A stretch of 63,103 bases of DNA, filler included, from Reticulomyxa filosa (lineage: Eukaryota > Protista > Foraminifera): assembly GCA_000512085.1 (NCBI GenBank). It is 23 parts of 23 records of this genome, joined end to end, with 100 filler letters (N's around TTAATTAATTAA, not from the genome) between each part and the next. Parts side by side here need not be neighbours in the genome. Positions count along the whole stretch, not along the records: positions 1 to 1,368 come from ASPP01038016.1; positions 1,469 to 2,689 come from ASPP01042529.1; positions 2,790 to 5,852 come from ASPP01027330.1; positions 5,953 to 7,709 come from ASPP01021985.1; positions 7,810 to 9,086 come from ASPP01022457.1; positions 9,187 to 14,875 come from ASPP01026167.1; 17 more parts are not named here. One strand, 5' to 3'. A program made the position numbers and the translations under genes. Below are positions 1 to 11,719 of the stretch, piece after piece; the first letter of the stretch is position 1; every line of letters starts with the position of its first letter. Under the pieces are notes generated by a model that had not been told where the DNA came from, made no database searches, and saw only the letters and a list, made by a program, of their open reading frames with translations.

Positions 1-909
1 AAAAAAAAAGGAAATACAAATGATATCTTCAATCATCGGATTGTTAATCCAAAAAGTGTTGAATAAAGACATTGGTAATGGATGCAAGAATTTCCAACAA
101 TGATAATCATCCAAGGTCAAATTGTGTATCTCATTACAAGTGTGACGATAGAGAATGAATTTGGTATTTAGAAAATATCCATTGTGCATGACTGCATTGA
201 AACAATCGAAGAGTGAGAGGAAAGTATGATAAACGCTTGGCAACAAAGAATTATTGCATAAAGATCAGATCAAGATGAATTTAATTAAGAGTTGCACCAT
301 TTGGAAATATCATCTCCTCCAACTTTGCAAGACATTCGGCCAGTAAACGGAAGCAACGACGAAATATTTTTGGACGGTATTAAAAAAGCAATTGAAGACA
401 AAGAACGAGAAAGCGATGAAGAAGCAAAAGTGAATAATGATGAAGACGGAGACAAAGATAGAAATGTCGAACATAGATGCACAAAAATTATAGTGGGGCT
501 GTTGGCGATCGAGTTCGAGTTTTGGGAAACAAAACATGCGTTGTGCACTATCTTGGCGATATGGAGCTTTCCAATGAAAAAATTATTGAAATTGAACTGG
601 ATAGTTGGCATCCTAACATAATCGATTGAACAGTGCGAGGAAAGACTTATTTCAAAGTTAGATTCAATGTATTTGTGTATTTATTCTTGTTTTGTTTTAA
701 TTTTATCTTATTGCATTCTAGTGCGCTCCTGACAGAACTTCGTTGTGGAGAATCTAGGAACAGTTGTATGATTTATTTATTTTTTTTAAATAATAATAAT
801 AATAAGTACTTGATTATTGTTGGATTTTATTTTGATGTAGGAAAGCAAACTGACAACAATGATAATGTGGTCCGAAAACTTCAAATATGATGATCCAATT
901 GAAACTATT

Positions 910-1175
910 AAAGCGCAACGATCGCATAATCTTCGTCAATGGAGACAAGAGGTGTTATCAAATACATTGGTTATCCTCCTTTTTCTGAGGATGTATTGAT
1001 TCCTGGTGCTCATGATTGCATGTACAACAAATGTTGATACTTTTAGGTTTGTTTTTGTTTTGCAATATTTGTTTAAAGTCAAAAGATATGTATCAATTAA
1101 TAATAACTTGATTTGAATGTAAAATGTAGTGTCCCGAAAGAAGAGATATTTTCGCCAAACGAAGTTCAATTGGTA
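910..1175 (+). pseudogene. CAP-Gly domain pseudogene fragment
   Basis: Manual translation across frameshifts: NDRIIFVNGDK/GVIKYIGYPPFSE.../IPGAHDCMYNKC*YF-intron-CPERRDIFAKRSSI. This fits the CAP-Gly pattern (G.V.YIG...F; GxxDG...YF.C...GIF). It has an in-frame stop and frameshifts. Confidence 0.6.
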
Positions 1176-1368
1176 CCATTCAATCGATTCCGGAAATGAA
1201 ACCACAGCGACGACGAAAGGGAAAAAAGCAAAGACAACATTGGACAACGAGTGCCGATTGACACGAGAAAAAAAAAGGATTTAATCTGACTATTTTTTTT
1301 AAAAAACGATATGCAATGCTGGACTTTGAAATTTGGAAAAATAGAAAATACTATAAATTGGAAAAGAT

Positions 1369-1468
1369 NNNNNNNNNNNNNNNNNNNNNNNNNNNNNNNN
1401 NNNNNNNNNNNNTTAATTAATTAANNNNNNNNNNNNNNNNNNNNNNNNNNNNNNNNNNNNNNNNNNNN
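1369..1468. other. Artificial contig spacer N44-TTAATTAATTAA-N44 (first of 22)
   Basis: Identical 100-bp spacer with a six-frame stop linker. Others start at 2690, 5853, 7710, 9087, 14876, 16826, 18955, 29010, 30434, 33216, 34905, 36198, 37605, 43450, 45751, 46968, 49059, 50993, 52638, 60636 and 61990. Confidence 0.99.
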
Positions 1469-1954
1469 TTCTTTTGCAAGAGGGCACACATGTTATGCTC
1501 CCACTAACTTTTAAAAGAATAATCTGAACACCATTTTTCATACTTTAATTCAATTTTTGCAAAATAATTTCAAAAATTAAAAGCTCTTTCTGACTTTCTA
1601 TATTAATAAATGTTCTTCCACAATATATGTCGAATCTTTGGATGATTTCTTGTTGCTACAAGCTTTTCAAAGTTTAAGTAGTAATACACGTACAAAAAGG
1701 CTTGGGTCGAGTTCACTGTTTTTTTTACATTATCCATATATAGAATTATCCTTTTTAAAAAAACTAGAAAAGGACGTACATACGAACGAATAACAAATCA
1801 AATATTTTGCGATGATAAAATTTAACAATTTCAATCTAATTTTCTTTTAAAATGCAAGTTGAAATTGCTCATTAACTTACGGAGATTGCTTGTTTAGATT
1901 TGTATCTTTAAAAAAAATTATAATAGTTTTGAAAATGTCAGAAAAAAATTTGAA

Positions 1955-2179
1955 TGTAGGGCAAGGCCCTATAAATATCTGAACGTTGAAGGAACCTGGG
2001 AGTCCCCAGTGGGCTAAAACTTCCTCAACCAACTACTTCTTACTTCCTTGCTTTTATTACTTTCCTTTTTGTCATTTTGATTTATTACTTAATTTCTTTG
2101 TTTTACTGAAATTCACTCTCATTCGAGTGAAACCTTTTCTTATTACATTTAGTGTAGCCTTCAAAGTAGACTTCCCACA
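1955..2179 (+). mobile_element. Solo-LTR-like element, family A (225 bp, 4-bp TSD TGAA)
   Basis: Starts TGTAGGGCAAGGCCCTAT, ends GACTTCCCACA. TGAA flanks both sides (1951-1954, 2180-2183). Similar to 3358-3592. Confidence 0.8.
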
Positions 2180-2594
2180 TGAATGACGAATACAAATAGT
2201 TTAAACAAATTTTGTTCGATTTTTTTGAAAAAATCAAAAGTATCAAGCAATCACTCTTGTACAAACTGACAACATCATAAATATGTGTTGGAAATTTAAT
2301 GCGTTAATGTTTATTTATAGCAAGTTTTGATATTGCATTGATTATATTGTTTGTTATACTGCAACTCTATAAACGACTTAATGATTTCATATAACATTAT
2401 TCTAGAAACAAAAAATCTATTGCAAAACAAAAATAATTTTTCAAAATAAAATTATATTAATATAAAATGATAATGTATTTACGTCCATTTCGTTTCTGTA
2501 AACAATATATTTAAAAAATATATAAGATAAAATTCTATTGATTGTGGTAATATTTTTTTAATCTTAAACAATAAATTAAATTTTGAACTTTAAA

Positions 2595-2689
2595 TATATA
2601 TGGGGTGTCCCGAAAAATTACACATTCACCACACTTTTTAAAAATAATTAATTATATTTTCTCTATATAAAATAATGTAACCGCATTTT
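2595..2689 (+). mobile_element. Tc1/mariner-like transposon or MITE terminus, cut by contig end
   Basis: TATATATGGGGTGTCCCGAAAAATTACACATTCACCACACTTTTTAAAAAT. Related ends at 21235-21287 (minus) and 55953-56010. Confidence 0.55.
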
Positions 2690-2789
2690 NNNNNNNNNNN
2701 NNNNNNNNNNNNNNNNNNNNNNNNNNNNNNNNNTTAATTAATTAANNNNNNNNNNNNNNNNNNNNNNNNNNNNNNNNNNNNNNNNNNNN

Positions 2790-5520
2790 CTGTGCTGCAA
2801 ACACATGGAATTGCAAGAACGAGTGTCTTTGAACGCTACGATAGAATCGTTTGGCACACACAATCCAACATTCAATTGCAGGCAATGTGCTGTGTGTTCA
2901 TATCAGTAGTGAAATTGGTCAGTACTCCACAGTTGAAGAACTTATACCACTCGATACACACCGGAGACAACATCGACGAGAACGAGATGCTATTGGTAGT
3001 CTTTGTGAAACACACTACTGCTTTGGAGTTAAGGAAAAAATCCAAGCCCCGCGAATTCACCGTGTGACTCAGACGGTTCATTATTCAGTGCTAAATTTAC
3101 ACAAACTCGATCATCGCCGACTTGTTGCTGTTCAACAACACCAAGTTCGACAGAAAGTGCACGCCAACGTTCCCCAGCTCGTCTCCTTGACATGAATATA
3201 GAATAATGCTTTCTCCAAATAGTGACGTTCGTTGCATCAATGTCCCGATTGGGACTTGGACATCATTGGAAGGATATTAGTGGTTGGACCATTCTACTTT
3301 CAACTTCAGCACGTGCAAATGCTGGAACAAGTCGATGATTGCAACCCCTAAACGGGTTGTAGTACAAGTCCCTATTCTAAAGTTTTAAACTCGGGAGGAC
3401 CCGAGGAACCCCTAGTGGGTTAAGCTTCCTTTACAACCTTCTTCACTTTGCCTTGTTTTGTTTTCCTCTTTTTCGTGTCATTTCTCATTAATTTGTTTTA
3501 ATTTACTTGTTTGTTGACAATCAGGCTCTTTGAGCAAAAAAGCACTTTCATATTACATTTAGTGCGAACTCTTTTCTGGCTGACGTCTTACAGGGTGATA
3601 TCTCTTTGATTTCAATCATTTCAATTCTGTTGTTTTTCATGCGCGTTTGCTTGTGTTCATATTTTTGTAGTAGCTTGCATATGTGTGTTCCCATTCCGAT
3701 GTGGTTCGACGACTTCAAATGTTTATGTCATCCTTGACTGTTCCATCCAGCTTTTCGTGATATTTATCGATTATATCCTTCACCGGACACGCCAATATTC
3801 ATTCGACTTTGCAAGTACCACGCAATTGATCTTATTGGAATAACGACCATCTCACTTCTTTTTTTTGCACTACCAATTTCAGATTTACTTCAACTTATTT
3901 TTTCTTCCAAGTCGATTGTGTTCAGCGCTTCAATCGATCATCCAATATCATCACACTATTTCTTTCATTTATGTATGACTATCACAGCATAGCGGTGAAG
4001 AATTTGCAAGGTAAAGCTGCCAAACGTGACATTGTCCAATTTGTATCATTGCGCGATTACTCGAAGCTGCTTAAGGCTGCCAATGGCAATGTCATTAGAT
4101 TCACAGACACACGCTCGCTAAACTTTCCAAAGAAGCTTTGAAGGAAATTCCACAACAATTTGTGAGTTATGTCAAATATCATAACTTATCGCCACACAAG
4201 CCGACTGCTGCTGTTAACATATTACACACTATATATATTTAATATGAGCGTATCAAGCAAAAATATTACAGTACAAATATTAGGCTTGCTTGACTTGGTT
4301 TGGGGATTTTGAAAAATGTAGATTCTCAGTTTGTCGTTAGTGACTCGGACAATCATAACAACCCTGTTTTATCTTGGTGCCTAGCCTTCACCCACTCCAG
4401 GCTGGCAAAAAGCATATGACACAGATTGAGCTCCTTACTCATCTTTAGTTCATTTAAACCATTGCTGTTTGTCCAAAAGTCGGATTTTTTCGACTATGAA
4501 TTGTGGTAATTAGTGTAATGCATTGTTTCTCGTCGGATTTGGACAATGAGCCAAAGTTTCACACATATTTCCCATTTCTTTATCCAAGTCGTCAATGTAA
4601 TATTTGTTGACATTGAGACGCTTTTCATTGTTCTCTGCAATTTCGGAAAGGCATATGATCACAACGTTTGCCGGAAATTTTCTTCCATTCAAATTATGAT
4701 CACAAAATACTTCTTTAAGCGCACCAACGTCATGATTTGTATTAATTTCGTTCAAAAATATCAGTGAATCCTTACATGCCATTCTTCTGCACTTTTCAGA
4801 TGTTGCAACTGTTACACTCCGTGCCCATCGTGCAAATCAATTGATGTGGTTTTGCCACATCACTATATTTTAGTGCATTGTTTTATTCATTTTTATTGTT
4901 ATTGTTTTTTTTACAAGCATTTTTTTAAAAAAAGATTAACTATTTCTCCCATAATCAAAACAGGAATTCCTGCTTTAATTCTGAAAATGTGGCCATAATC
5001 TTCAAAATATTGTCAAATATCAATGCAAACTGTTTTTTGTCAGTACTATGTCCACTTGTCGCAATGTTTCTGTTTCATTGTCGCATCTTAGCAAAAAAAA
5101 AGCACTTAAAAGAAAATATGTACATACGCATTCGTTTTTACGTATTTATTTATGTGTAATTATGAGGTTATTTTCTGTCTTTTTCGTAACTCAAATACTC
5201 AACAATTTTTCTTTATGTACATATAGATCTTCCAGTAAATGCCTTGCGACTGCAATAAAACTCTTTTTCGTTACAGATCATCTTCAAAATTGTACAATTT
5301 CCATGCATATTGTTGACGGACAAATCGCCAAAATGTTGCGTATCATGCTTATTGTTGTTCAAATTAATCAACAGCAATGATAATGAGTGATCCCTTTCCG
5401 TTTCTACTTGCTTCAGATCATTTTCTAACATTGTCAATTCCATATGCAATTGGGTCTTACATAAAAAAAAAGCATATATATAATATAGTGTATTAGTCGT
5501 TATCATTGCTGTTGCCAATA
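2790..5520 (-). pseudogene. Fragmented RNF213/mysterin-like large AAA+ ATPase pseudogene
   Basis: Minus-strand fragments IKAGIPVLIMGE (~4945-4980, the pre-Walker A motif) and LIFLNEINTNHDVGALKEVFCDHNLNGRKFPANVVII (4510-4782, Walker B region, cf. FFDEINT...KE..CD...G). Many stops and frameshifts; interrupted by an LTR-like insertion. Limits are approximate and the region may be a mosaic. Confidence 0.55.
3358..3592 (+). mobile_element. Solo-LTR-like element, family A (235 bp, 4-bp TSD GGGT)
   Basis: Starts TGTAGTACAAGTCCCTAT, ends GACGTCTTACA. GGGT at 3354-3357 and 3593-3596. Shares GGAACC...AGTGGG and ATTACATTTAGTG blocks with 1955-2179. Confidence 0.85.
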
Positions 5521-6489
5521 GTAAAAAGAAAATGTATTGACTAAACTAATCATCAATTCGAATTTGATTTAACAATGAATGGATCAATGATCTTCAACTC
5601 TTGGACCAAAAAAATTTCTCTATACCTTTTGCCTCATGCATCCTGTCTTCGGAATAGTGGTCTTTGCGTTCGATATACATATTGCATGCGATGGATTGCG
5701 GGAATTTGGTAAGTGACGACACAGCATTTGGTGCAATGGAAATTGCAAGAAGGACTTTAATTGAACCAGTGAATTTAGTGATATTTTGTTGTTGTGAAAA
5801 TATGAAACAATAAGAATATGTACAAATCAAGAAACAAAGTAAAAAAAAAAAANNNNNNNNNNNNNNNNNNNNNNNNNNNNNNNNNNNNNNNNNNNNTTAA
5901 TTAATTAANNNNNNNNNNNNNNNNNNNNNNNNNNNNNNNNNNNNNNNNNNNNAAAAAAAAAGGCATACTGTAAAAGCCTCCTAAAAAAATTGAATGTACA
6001 ACCTTTCAAATAAATGCAAGAGATAAGAGAGTACAGCATAGAAAAAAGATAGTCTGTGATTTGTCCTATGCATCTACAAATAAAAAAAGACATTCATTCA
6101 ACTCTTGAATTTGCTATTTTCATTTTTCAAAAAACTATTCACCACCTTTTTTAAAAAAAAAGTTAAACTACTCAACATTAACAGCATGGATAATCAAATT
6201 ACAACACAGGAATCTCATAAAAGACAAACTTTGATAGAAAACAAAAAAAGCAATAAATGCATTTTGATGTCTTTTGGTAATACCATAATAATGATAAAAT
6301 ATGTTAGCGACAAAAAAAAAAACATAACATAACATAATGAACTCCTTTCATATTCAATCACAATTATCAAATTTGAACCAAAAAATGACGGCAATTATCA
6401 TACAAATAAAAAAAAATTTATTCAAGTTCACTAACTATCTTATTGTAATGATAGTGCAATTCATCATAATGGATAAGCATTCCAATTTT

Positions 6490-6602
6490 AAAAAAAAGCA
6501 AAGGAAGGTAAAAGCGAAAAAGAAAGAGTAAAATAAGGCGGCGCCTCAGGCGCCGGCAAATTTTACCCTTTCTTTTTGCTTTTGTCTTCCTTTGCTTTTT
6601 TT
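6490..6602. repeat. Long imperfect palindrome (~55-bp arms, 3-nt loop)
   Basis: Left arm AAAAAAAGCAAAGGAAGGTAAAAGCGAAAAAGAAAGAGTAAAATAAGGCGGCGCC, loop TCA. The right arm reverse-complements to AAAAAAGCAAAGGAAGACAAAAGCAAAAAGAAAGGGTAAAATTTGCCGGCGCC. Confidence 0.9.
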
Positions 6603-7081
6603 AGCTTTCCGAGTTCTACAAAAGTGTTTTTTTGGTGTATCTTTTGAAATCTCAACTTTATCGAGTAAAACTTTATTCTACGTATGAACGGATTTACAAA
6701 AATGATATCGATGCGTCATATCTCTTAGTGGATTTCAAAATATGTATTTTTCATATAAGAACGAAACAAACATATTCTTTTAGTGTGAAAAGAGTTGTTA
6801 AAAATTACAAAAGATCCAATACTAATTTTTTAAAAAGTATCTTCGTGACATGAAGATTCATAAAATGAAAACAAAAAGATTTAAAAATTTCTTATTTGCA
6901 ATACAGTTTCAATTTATATGAGCTCATTCGAAATTTTTAAAAATCATTTAAAAAATCATATTTTTGATCAACTTAGAAAAACTTATTATAAAACCAATTT
7001 CATATTTAAAAACTACAAGATTAAAATATATTTTAAAAAAATTAGTTTTAAATTTTATTTTTCATTGAGAAAAATACTAAT

Positions 7082-7480
7082 TATGTGATGAAAACTTCAT
7101 ATAAAATACTTGATCCGGATGTCGATTGAATGATTGAATTTGTCTATTTGTCTTTACACTTCATACACGAACTACGTTATCATATGATCCAGAACAAAGT
7201 AATTGACAATCATCAAATGTTGAATAATCAATACTGCTCACTCAACTTGTGTGTACATAAAATGTTTTTATTAATTTAGACTCTGAGCAGAAAATATCGA
7301 ACATGAGAATGGTAATTGCCTGTGTAAATAATGACTATTAACAATGACAAATAAATATTTGATTAAACAAAAAAAACATAATATAATTGACAGTAACTTT
7401 GTCAAAATCATTGGTCCATCCTAATTTAATGTTTAATACTTGAATCCAATATTTAATAATTACACTAATTTCTTCTTCTG
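7082..7480 (-). pseudogene. WD40-repeat pseudogene fragment
   Basis: WIQVLNIKLGWTNDFDKVTVNY linker, then LCSGSYDNVVRV*SVKTNRQIQSFNRHPDQVFYMKFS with an in-frame stop. Confidence 0.7.
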
Positions 7481-7809
7481 ATCGATCTTAAATCATATCA
7501 TTTAGTCTTAAAGACAACAAGCTTTCTGAAGATTGTGTGAGACAAAGACTGACGTTGGTACAGTTTATACTCTATTGCCGCAATTTGCTTGCAAACTTTT
7601 GGAACAACATTTCCACCTTGTTATAATGAAAATTTACGAATTTTTTTTAAAATCTGAAAATGGAGTTAGTAATTGTTTTTTTTTTTTTTTTTTTGTAGTT
7701 TTGTTTGCTNNNNNNNNNNNNNNNNNNNNNNNNNNNNNNNNNNNNNNNNNNNNTTAATTAATTAANNNNNNNNNNNNNNNNNNNNNNNNNNNNNNNNNNN
7801 NNNNNNNNN

Positions 7810-9086
7810 GGTAGCTATTCTGCTATCGTCGTTCATTTATTTGATAATGGGTGTTGCCGCAGCTGGCGCGGTCAGCCCCGAGGGATTGCTGCACAATTAT
7901 TTGTGCATGGTAGACGTCGCTGCCTCACCGATATTAGTGTACATTGGAATTTATGCAGCGACATTTAGTAGCGCATTGAGTGTCCAGTTTTGTGCTCCAA
8001 GGGTGCTCATGTCCGTTGCAAATGACAATGTCTTACCTTCCCTTAAAATCTTTGGCAAAACCAATTCCAAAGGAGATCCAGTAGCCTCTGCGTTGGTATG
8101 TTTCGGAATTTCGCTCATCTTTGTTTTGGTTGGAGACTTGAATATTGTTGCACCGTTAATCACACAGGTTCAATCTTTATTGTTTGCCATCTGTGTCAAG
8201 TCATTAGTATTGTATTTCTATATACATATATACATACATACATATACATATATATATATATATAACATAGCTATTTTTAGGAACTTATGGCTTCATATCG
8301 CTGGCTTGTTTTATAATGAGTATTAGTCACTCGCCGGGATGGCGTCCATCTTTTCGCTATTCGAATAAGTATACCGCCTTTGTGGGATTTGTCCTTTGTT
8401 TGGCGATGATGTTTGCGACGTCATGGATTTATGCGCTGCTGTCCATTGGACTGGGGGCAGGTATCTGCGCTTATCTGATACATAAGAAGCCGAGTATTTA
8501 TTGGGGTTCTGCTTTAGACACTAGAGCAAAATATAGAGTTAGTTTATTTTTTTTTAATTTTTAAAAAAAAAAAAAATATATATATACAAAATACATATAC
8601 ATATATATATGTACATATATATAATGCATTGAATCGACAAAAGGCCAACGAAGCAGTCTTAGATTTAGTGGACTACAGATATCACGTGAAAAACTATCAA
8701 CCTTCGTTTTTGGTGTTGTGTGGCAATCCCGAAGCGAGACTCTCTTTGGTGAAATTCACTCACACATTGAGACATGGCAATGGCACAATCATTTACGGCG
8801 ACATATTGTGTGGAAATTTCCAAGACAAACTTGCGCCGTTGCGCAACCGCGCTGGCCATTACTTGCCAAAATATATGAAAATACGCGCGTTTTATGCCAA
8901 AACGATAGCGCCTGATTTGAAGTCAGGAGCCGAGTCGTTGATGCAATTGACAGGATTAGGGAATTTGAAATGCAACGTTTTGGTGTTGGGATTTAAAAAG
9001 AATTGGTCGGAGCTTCGAAGACAGAAATTGAATGCGTCCTCGAAAGAAGAAAAAGAAAAAGAAAAAGAAAAAGAAAAAGAAAAAGA
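7810..9086 (+). CDS. SLC12 cation-chloride cotransporter (NKCC/KCC family), internal fragment
   Basis: Exons 7810-8167, 8271-8537 and 8644-9086. Motifs GIYAATFSSALS...APRVL, LNIVAPLIT, SPGWRPSFRY, WGS, HVKNYQPSFLVLCGNP and GLGNLKCNVLVLGFKKNW are SLC12 signatures. Confidence 0.92.
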
Positions 9087-10199
9087 NNNNNNNNNNNNNN
9101 NNNNNNNNNNNNNNNNNNNNNNNNNNNNNNTTAATTAATTAANNNNNNNNNNNNNNNNNNNNNNNNNNNNNNNNNNNNNNNNNNNNCAAAATGCAGTTCA
9201 AACACTTGGTCAAGCAATTGTGTTATTGGTTCATCACATCAGCAAAATTAATCTGTTTAGTTCATCACTTTTTAATTCTTTTTGCATTTATCTAGCTTTT
9301 TTTGTTTATTTAAAAAAACCAACGAATAAATCCAAACACATTGAATAGGGATGAAATGCTGTGCAATTGGATGAAGACAATGCTTTTCGATGAAATAGAT
9401 TACAGCTTGTTTAATGAAAAGAGCGGAATCAAATTGCTAGTAAAACATGTGGGTGAATTATGGCATGCATTGAAATACAAAAAAACGGAAAATGCTTACT
9501 ATGAACATTTTTTTAACTTTACGGCCAAAGGTTGAAGTTAATTACCATTGTAAATTTTGGAATTTAATGTTACTTTGCTGTGACTTCTAAGCAAGAAATA
9601 CGTATTTTGCAAAGAGATGGCAAACCTGCAGTATATTGAAAAAAAACTAGCGATTATATGAAGTGTTATTAATATTTTGACTTGTGATGATTTTTGGCAA
9701 TTGCATTTTTGTCAATGCACTTTTTAATTGGCATGCTTTGTCTATGTTGTCATATTATTTTTATTACTGTTAGATTTAAGTGTTTTAGATCCTTTGAAAA
9801 TATCAAACTTCAAAGAGACGTAATTATTATATCATTACAATTTTCAATTGTAAATTCAATATTTTTTTTTGATAATTACTAAAAATGTACAGTCTAACAT
9901 ATGCTGGTGCACAGCATACCCAAAAAAACTTTTAATTTTAAAAAATTATGACATCTTTGTTGCTTTTAAATTACAATTACGAACGCAAAAAAAGAAAAAA
10001 CAAAATTTACAAAGAAAAATAACAAAATTTTAAAAAATCAATAAGCAAAATACTAATGTTATAGAAAATAATTAAAATGTTTGTAATTGACAAAAAAATG
10101 TAGAAAAAATGAAATGCATTTTGAATAATATAATGTATTGTGTAAAGTGTTTTCAAATTTAATCTATTTTTTTTCTCAGTTGAATATTTATATACTGAT

Positions 10200-10971
10200 T
10201 TTGAATAAACTGATTTATTACTATTCCAACAATATTCATCAAAGAATAAGATAATATCCACATATGCATATTCATTGAACGGCGCAATATCATCACAAAC
10301 ATGTAATTGATGAAATTGAAAATTGCTGTATCTTTATTTATATTCAATGATGGTCATATATCTTTACAAAACAACAGCATTTGATAATTTTATTTATTTG
10401 TTTTCACATTTATTGTCTTTGTTTATTTTCTGGCTTTAACACAAAGCAATTATAGCATATCCAATTATCAGTTGGTAAAGTATCAGGTTTAATAAATTGA
10501 AATTTATTTAAATCAAACAAACTAATATTATTTTTCCTAAGTGATAATAACAAATTATTGTTTCTTCCACCAATCAATGCAGACACTTCATAATAACTAT
10601 GACCTTAATATCTTCCAATGATAATTGGATTATGTAATTGTATGTAAAAGGAATCAATCGATTGCAATTATTGAATTCATTTGGTTTATTGATATTATCA
10701 CAGACACTTACATATTTCATCACCAATTTATGTCTTGTTTCTTTGTTTCCACCAAAAGACAATAACTTGATTTCATTGCTGTTATCTATCAGTTTCACTA
10801 CACAGTGACCACACAGATAAACTTGTATTAGTCTTTGATTTTATGATAAGAACAACAAATTCTTTCAGAATAACATCCACAAATGAGAAGTTCGTGTTTG
10901 TATATCACACATTGAGATAGATGAAGTGAAGTGGACAACTCCTTCAGAGTTCGAAAGATTTGATTACTCAT
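10200..10971 (-). pseudogene. Kelch-like beta-propeller pseudogene
   Basis: MSNQIFRTLKELSTSLHLSQCVIYKHELLICG..., CGHCVVKLIDNSNEIKLLSFGG...LVMKYVSV. A paralog of the ORF at 24384-25556, but broken by stops and frameshifts. Confidence 0.75.
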
Positions 10972-11231
10972 GTTATTAATGTTGAGAAATTATGAAATAG
11001 TTCAGATTTTTTAAAAAGGTGAAGGATCCTTTAAAAGTAAAAAAAAAGTGAATGATTTGAATAGGAAAATAAAAATCATGAATATACTTAAAATGTATGC
11101 TTTTACACTTTCAAAATTGAGTATTTATCTTGTCTTCATATTCACTAATGGTAAGTTTTTTCATGAAACTTTTTCTAATATCTCTGCCAAGTATTGTTTG
11201 AATTGTGGATCTCTTCAACTCTCCAAATTTT

Positions 11232-11451
11232 TCAGGAAGATTAAAAGGTAGCACCTAAGTGTAATACGAAAGTAATTATTAAAAGCGTTTTTAAAAAGGA
11301 AAGCAAAAGTAGTTAAGTAATACAGAGATAAACAACTCACTGGCAAAGAATAAGAAAACAGAATAAAAGAAGAACAGTGAAGGTTGTTGAGGAAAAAAGG
11401 GTTCTTCGTTCATACGGACTTCTACTGTAATTAGTATGGCATTGCACTACA
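11232..11451 (-). mobile_element. Solo-LTR-like element, family A, 3'-truncated
   Basis: Minus strand starts TGTAGTGCAATGCC, contains GAAGAACCC...TTCCTCAACAACCTTC and CTTTCGTATTACACTTAGGTGC. No terminal CA or TSD found. Confidence 0.65.
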
Positions 11452-11719
11452 ACCCTCAAATGATTTGTCAAATAATTTTAGTGAAGTTTAATTAAGCAAT
11501 TTTTGTGTTTTACGAAAAACTACAAATTGGTAGAGCAAAAAAGTGAAAATTACAACAAGAGACTATTTATTATGTTGAGAGCAATTGTATAATAAGACAA
11601 TGGCAACAATCATCACAAATAACCCAAATTGTTGCTGCCATAGTTTAATGTTATGGAGCAACGGAAGGATGAGCGCTAGACAAAAAAAAAACAAAAGTGC
11701 AAAATAGTGGAGCAACAAA

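Noticed and set aside
1986-2186. Small hydrophobic ORFs (also 18696-19010, 49385-49966, 57231-57602) as membrane peptides
   Set aside because: They are translations of T-rich LTR-like bodies or the antisense of A-rich relics.
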